The notes under the pieces are model-generated. The model did not search any database and was not told where the DNA came from. It worked only from the letters and a program-made list of their open reading frames with translations. Of a stretch of DNA of 64,000 nt, positions 61,168 through 64,000 are shown piece after piece. Within the stretch, counting starts at the first letter, position 1, and each line of letters begins with the position of its first letter. The DNA comes from Stegostoma tigrinum (Eukaryota): positions 310,001 to 374,000 of the forward strand of contig NW_026728611.1 in the NCBI RefSeq assembly GCF_030684315.1. The letters run 5' to 3'. The translations under genes and the position numbers were made by a program.

Positions 61168-61472
61168 GAGGTGGCATGGTTGTTATGACTGCTGCCTCAC
61201 AGTGCCTGGGACTTCGGTTCGATTCTATTCTTAGGTGACTGTATGCAGTTTGGGTGTTCTCCTGTGTCTGCAATATGTTTTCTCTGGGTGCTTCCGTTTC
61301 CTCCCACAGTTCAAGAATTTGCACGCTGATGGAATGGCCATGCTGAATTGCCTGTGATGTTCAAGAATGTATAGATTAGGTGGTTCCGGGGGAAGGGTCT
61401 TGGTGTGAAGCTCGGAGAGTAAGTGTGACCTTGTTGGGCTGAAGGGCCTGTTTCCAAACTAAAGGGATTCTC
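61168..61472 (+). mobile_element. HE1-type V-SINE
   Basis: A-box ggtggcatggtt, B-box ggttcgattc, V-domain tttcctcccacagttcaag and tail gggcctgtttcc. Confidence 0.75.
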
Positions 61473-61954
61473 TTAAAAGTTTTCAGAGCATGTGGTGACA
61501 GGCTTGTTCAATAAAGAACATGGCATGGGTCATCGTCAATAATCTATTCCTGTTTTTATTTTCATGAAGTTCAGCTGCGTCTAAAATATCTTTTCAAGCA
61601 ACATCAATTTCCTGAGATTCACAAATTTAGGAGGATATTCTCAAAAAAAAAAAGTTTTTGTTGGAACTTAAAGAAGAAACAGACACCATGTTTATACAAG
61701 TATCACCAGCACAGCTTCCTGAATGGGAAAAGAAATGGACTATATTTTGTCTGATCTGAACGAGTACAGTGAAGCTGCAATTTCAGTCGACTCTCAAGTA
61801 TTTGGTTATGGCCAATACATGAGTAACTATAAAGATGCTATGTTTGACAGGTTCCCCAAGTATCAATGACATATTGAGTTGTGCTGACTTGCCATGAAAT
61901 TAGTAAACTCAGTGACACTGACATCATACGATCAATCCTCTGAAAGTAACCAAT

Positions 61955-62520
61955 TGAAAACAAACAACAAATAAACAAAAGAGAAGTGCAGCACAGGAAC
62001 AAACCTTTCACCTTTCCAAGCCTGCGCTGATCGTGGTGACCTGACTAAATTAAAGAAAAACCTTCTGCCCTCATTTGTTCCGTATCCCTCCATTCTCTTC
62101 CTATTCATGTAACCATCCAAGTATCTTTTAAATTTTGCCAACGTGCCTCCTTTCATCATCTCTTCTGGTAATGTATTCCAGGCTCCTACCAGTCCATATG
62201 AAAAAAAAAACTTTTTGCGCACATCTTGCTCAAACTTTTGCCCTCTCACGTTGAACCTGTGCCCCTTTATAAATTGAAACTTCAACCCTGGGAAAAAAAA
62301 TCAAAACCTCTAACTATCCACCCTATCTCTGCCTCTCATAATTTTCTAGGCCTCTATTCGGTCACCTCTCAGCCGCCATCTTTCCAATAAAAACAATCCC
62401 ATTCTTTTTAACATTTTGTCATTACCAATGACCTCGAGACTGGCCAACATCCTGGTGAACCTTCTCTGCACTCTCTCCAAATCTACCACATCCTTCTGGC
62501 AATGTGGCAAACAAAACGAT
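61955..62520 (-). mobile_element. CR1 3' fragment
   Basis: KGHRFNVRGQKFEQDVRKKFF...VGAWNTLPEEMM...LAKFKRYLDGYMN; (TTTG)n tail. Confidence 0.85.
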
Positions 62521-64000
62521 GGGAATCACAACCTCAATGTAATGTCATTCTCTTAGTGTCGCTGGAATCAGACTCATCCAGCAAGGTGTTACCTTTCTGA
62601 AACTATAGACCCAACTGTGAAAGCATAAAATATCTTGGTATTTTTAAGAAAATATATTCATCTGTGTTTTGGAAGGCAAGGGTAGAGTTTGTTTGTCATC
62701 CCCAAAACCTCTGGAGAGTTTGACAGAGAGCTTCGTCCTTGAAATTCTTCTATCCAAGTGGTGCAGATACAGACGCAGACCTCTCTGAAAGGGGATTCCA
62801 AGATATTTCAACTAACCAACAATGATGGAACATCAAATTTGTCATCGGTGCCACAATTAAAGCAGTCCTTATCATTTAAGTTACAGTGAAGCAGTGCTCC
62901 TTGGTTATTCTAATGACCATACACATTGGACAAGTCAGATTAGCGAACGTAGATTGAATGATGAATTGACTAGTTCATTAGAACAGTATTTTCCAGATAC
63001 AATCAGAGAGCAAGACACCTGGTAATATGTAATGGCACAAGATTAATCAATGATCTCATAGCGAACACGCACCGAGGTATCAGTGATCACGGTGTGGCTG
63101 AGTGTACTTTGAGGGAGGGATGGTTGGTTCTAAGATGACAGCTTGAAACCTATGTGAGGAAATTGGTAACAGTGCGAAATTAGGGCTGGCTGCAATGAAT
63201 TGGTAAATTAGCTTAGGAGCTGGGTCAGTAGACTTGTAATGTTAGACATTTGAGGAAATATTTCATCCTGGAAAAAGCTAAACTGCAGTCAGAAAGACTC
63301 GAAGAGAATGAAGCACCATCCAAGGCGAAAGAAGGATTTTCAAGATAAGGTGAACTTTCAATAAGAAGCGTAGAATGACACATGGATATTCATATTCAGA
63401 CATATGCACACAGGACACATTTCTTAGGGGAGTACATTTTATACGCCATCTTTTCCTCGATGCTATCAGTTCTGATGAATAGTTCCTGTTCTCAAAACAT
63501 TAACCCTGCTTTCAAAATGGAGCTGACATCATAACATCATAACATCACATCATAACCTTGCGATATACTTAGAGCAGATATAACCTGACCATTCCTTATT
63601 AATGTTCTACATTTTAACTGAAATATAAATCTGTAAAACAATACTAATAATGCTCTTTTAAACGGGTTAAGGATGCTGCAGTTGTTCAGACCCGAGTACT
63701 GACGACGCTTGACTCGCAGCCCCAGGACAACAAATAATGTTGATCTTGCTGCCCTTGATCTCGCCTACTCCATGTCCTGTGCCATGTAACCAATGTACCT
63801 CTGTCTAGATCTTTTCGCAAATTCTGATGTGTTAATCAATGCTTACTATGATCTGCTTGTCCTGCTCGTAAACAAAGCTTTTCACTGTATTTCGGTACAC
63901 ATAATAATCCATCCATCAATCAATCATTTCCACAGATAATGCCTGTTGGACTGAATTTCTTCATAAATTTCTGATTTTGCTCAGAGAACCTTGTACCATT

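Overview
This is eukaryotic DNA from a cartilaginous fish, inferred from HE1-type V-SINEs, CR1/HER1-type LINEs and the receptor type; it is probably a shark. The window is dominated by retroelement debris. It holds one well-supported host gene: a two-exon, minus-strand class A GPCR of the GPR139/GPR142-like type (exon 1 59967-59793, a 16.9-kb intron, exon 2 42906-41999; 360 aa). The left half contains an old segmental duplication (about 8.15-15.65 kb vs 18.5-24.36 kb, and 0.78-1.65 kb vs 24.36-26.47 kb). Comparing the two copies exposes later events: a 176-bp inverted duplication, and CR1, SINE and Penelope insertions. Several Penelope-like element (PLE) lineages are present, many in inverted configurations and carrying minimal type-I hammerhead ribozyme motifs. 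Two endogenous-retrovirus stubs (5' LTR + PBS + leader) face each other, and each is cut off by a PLE. There are also several minisatellites, a 1.3-kb purine tract and an assembly gap. Most short ORFs in the supplied track are repeat-derived or spurious. Repeat boundaries are approximate, and identities were judged by eye.
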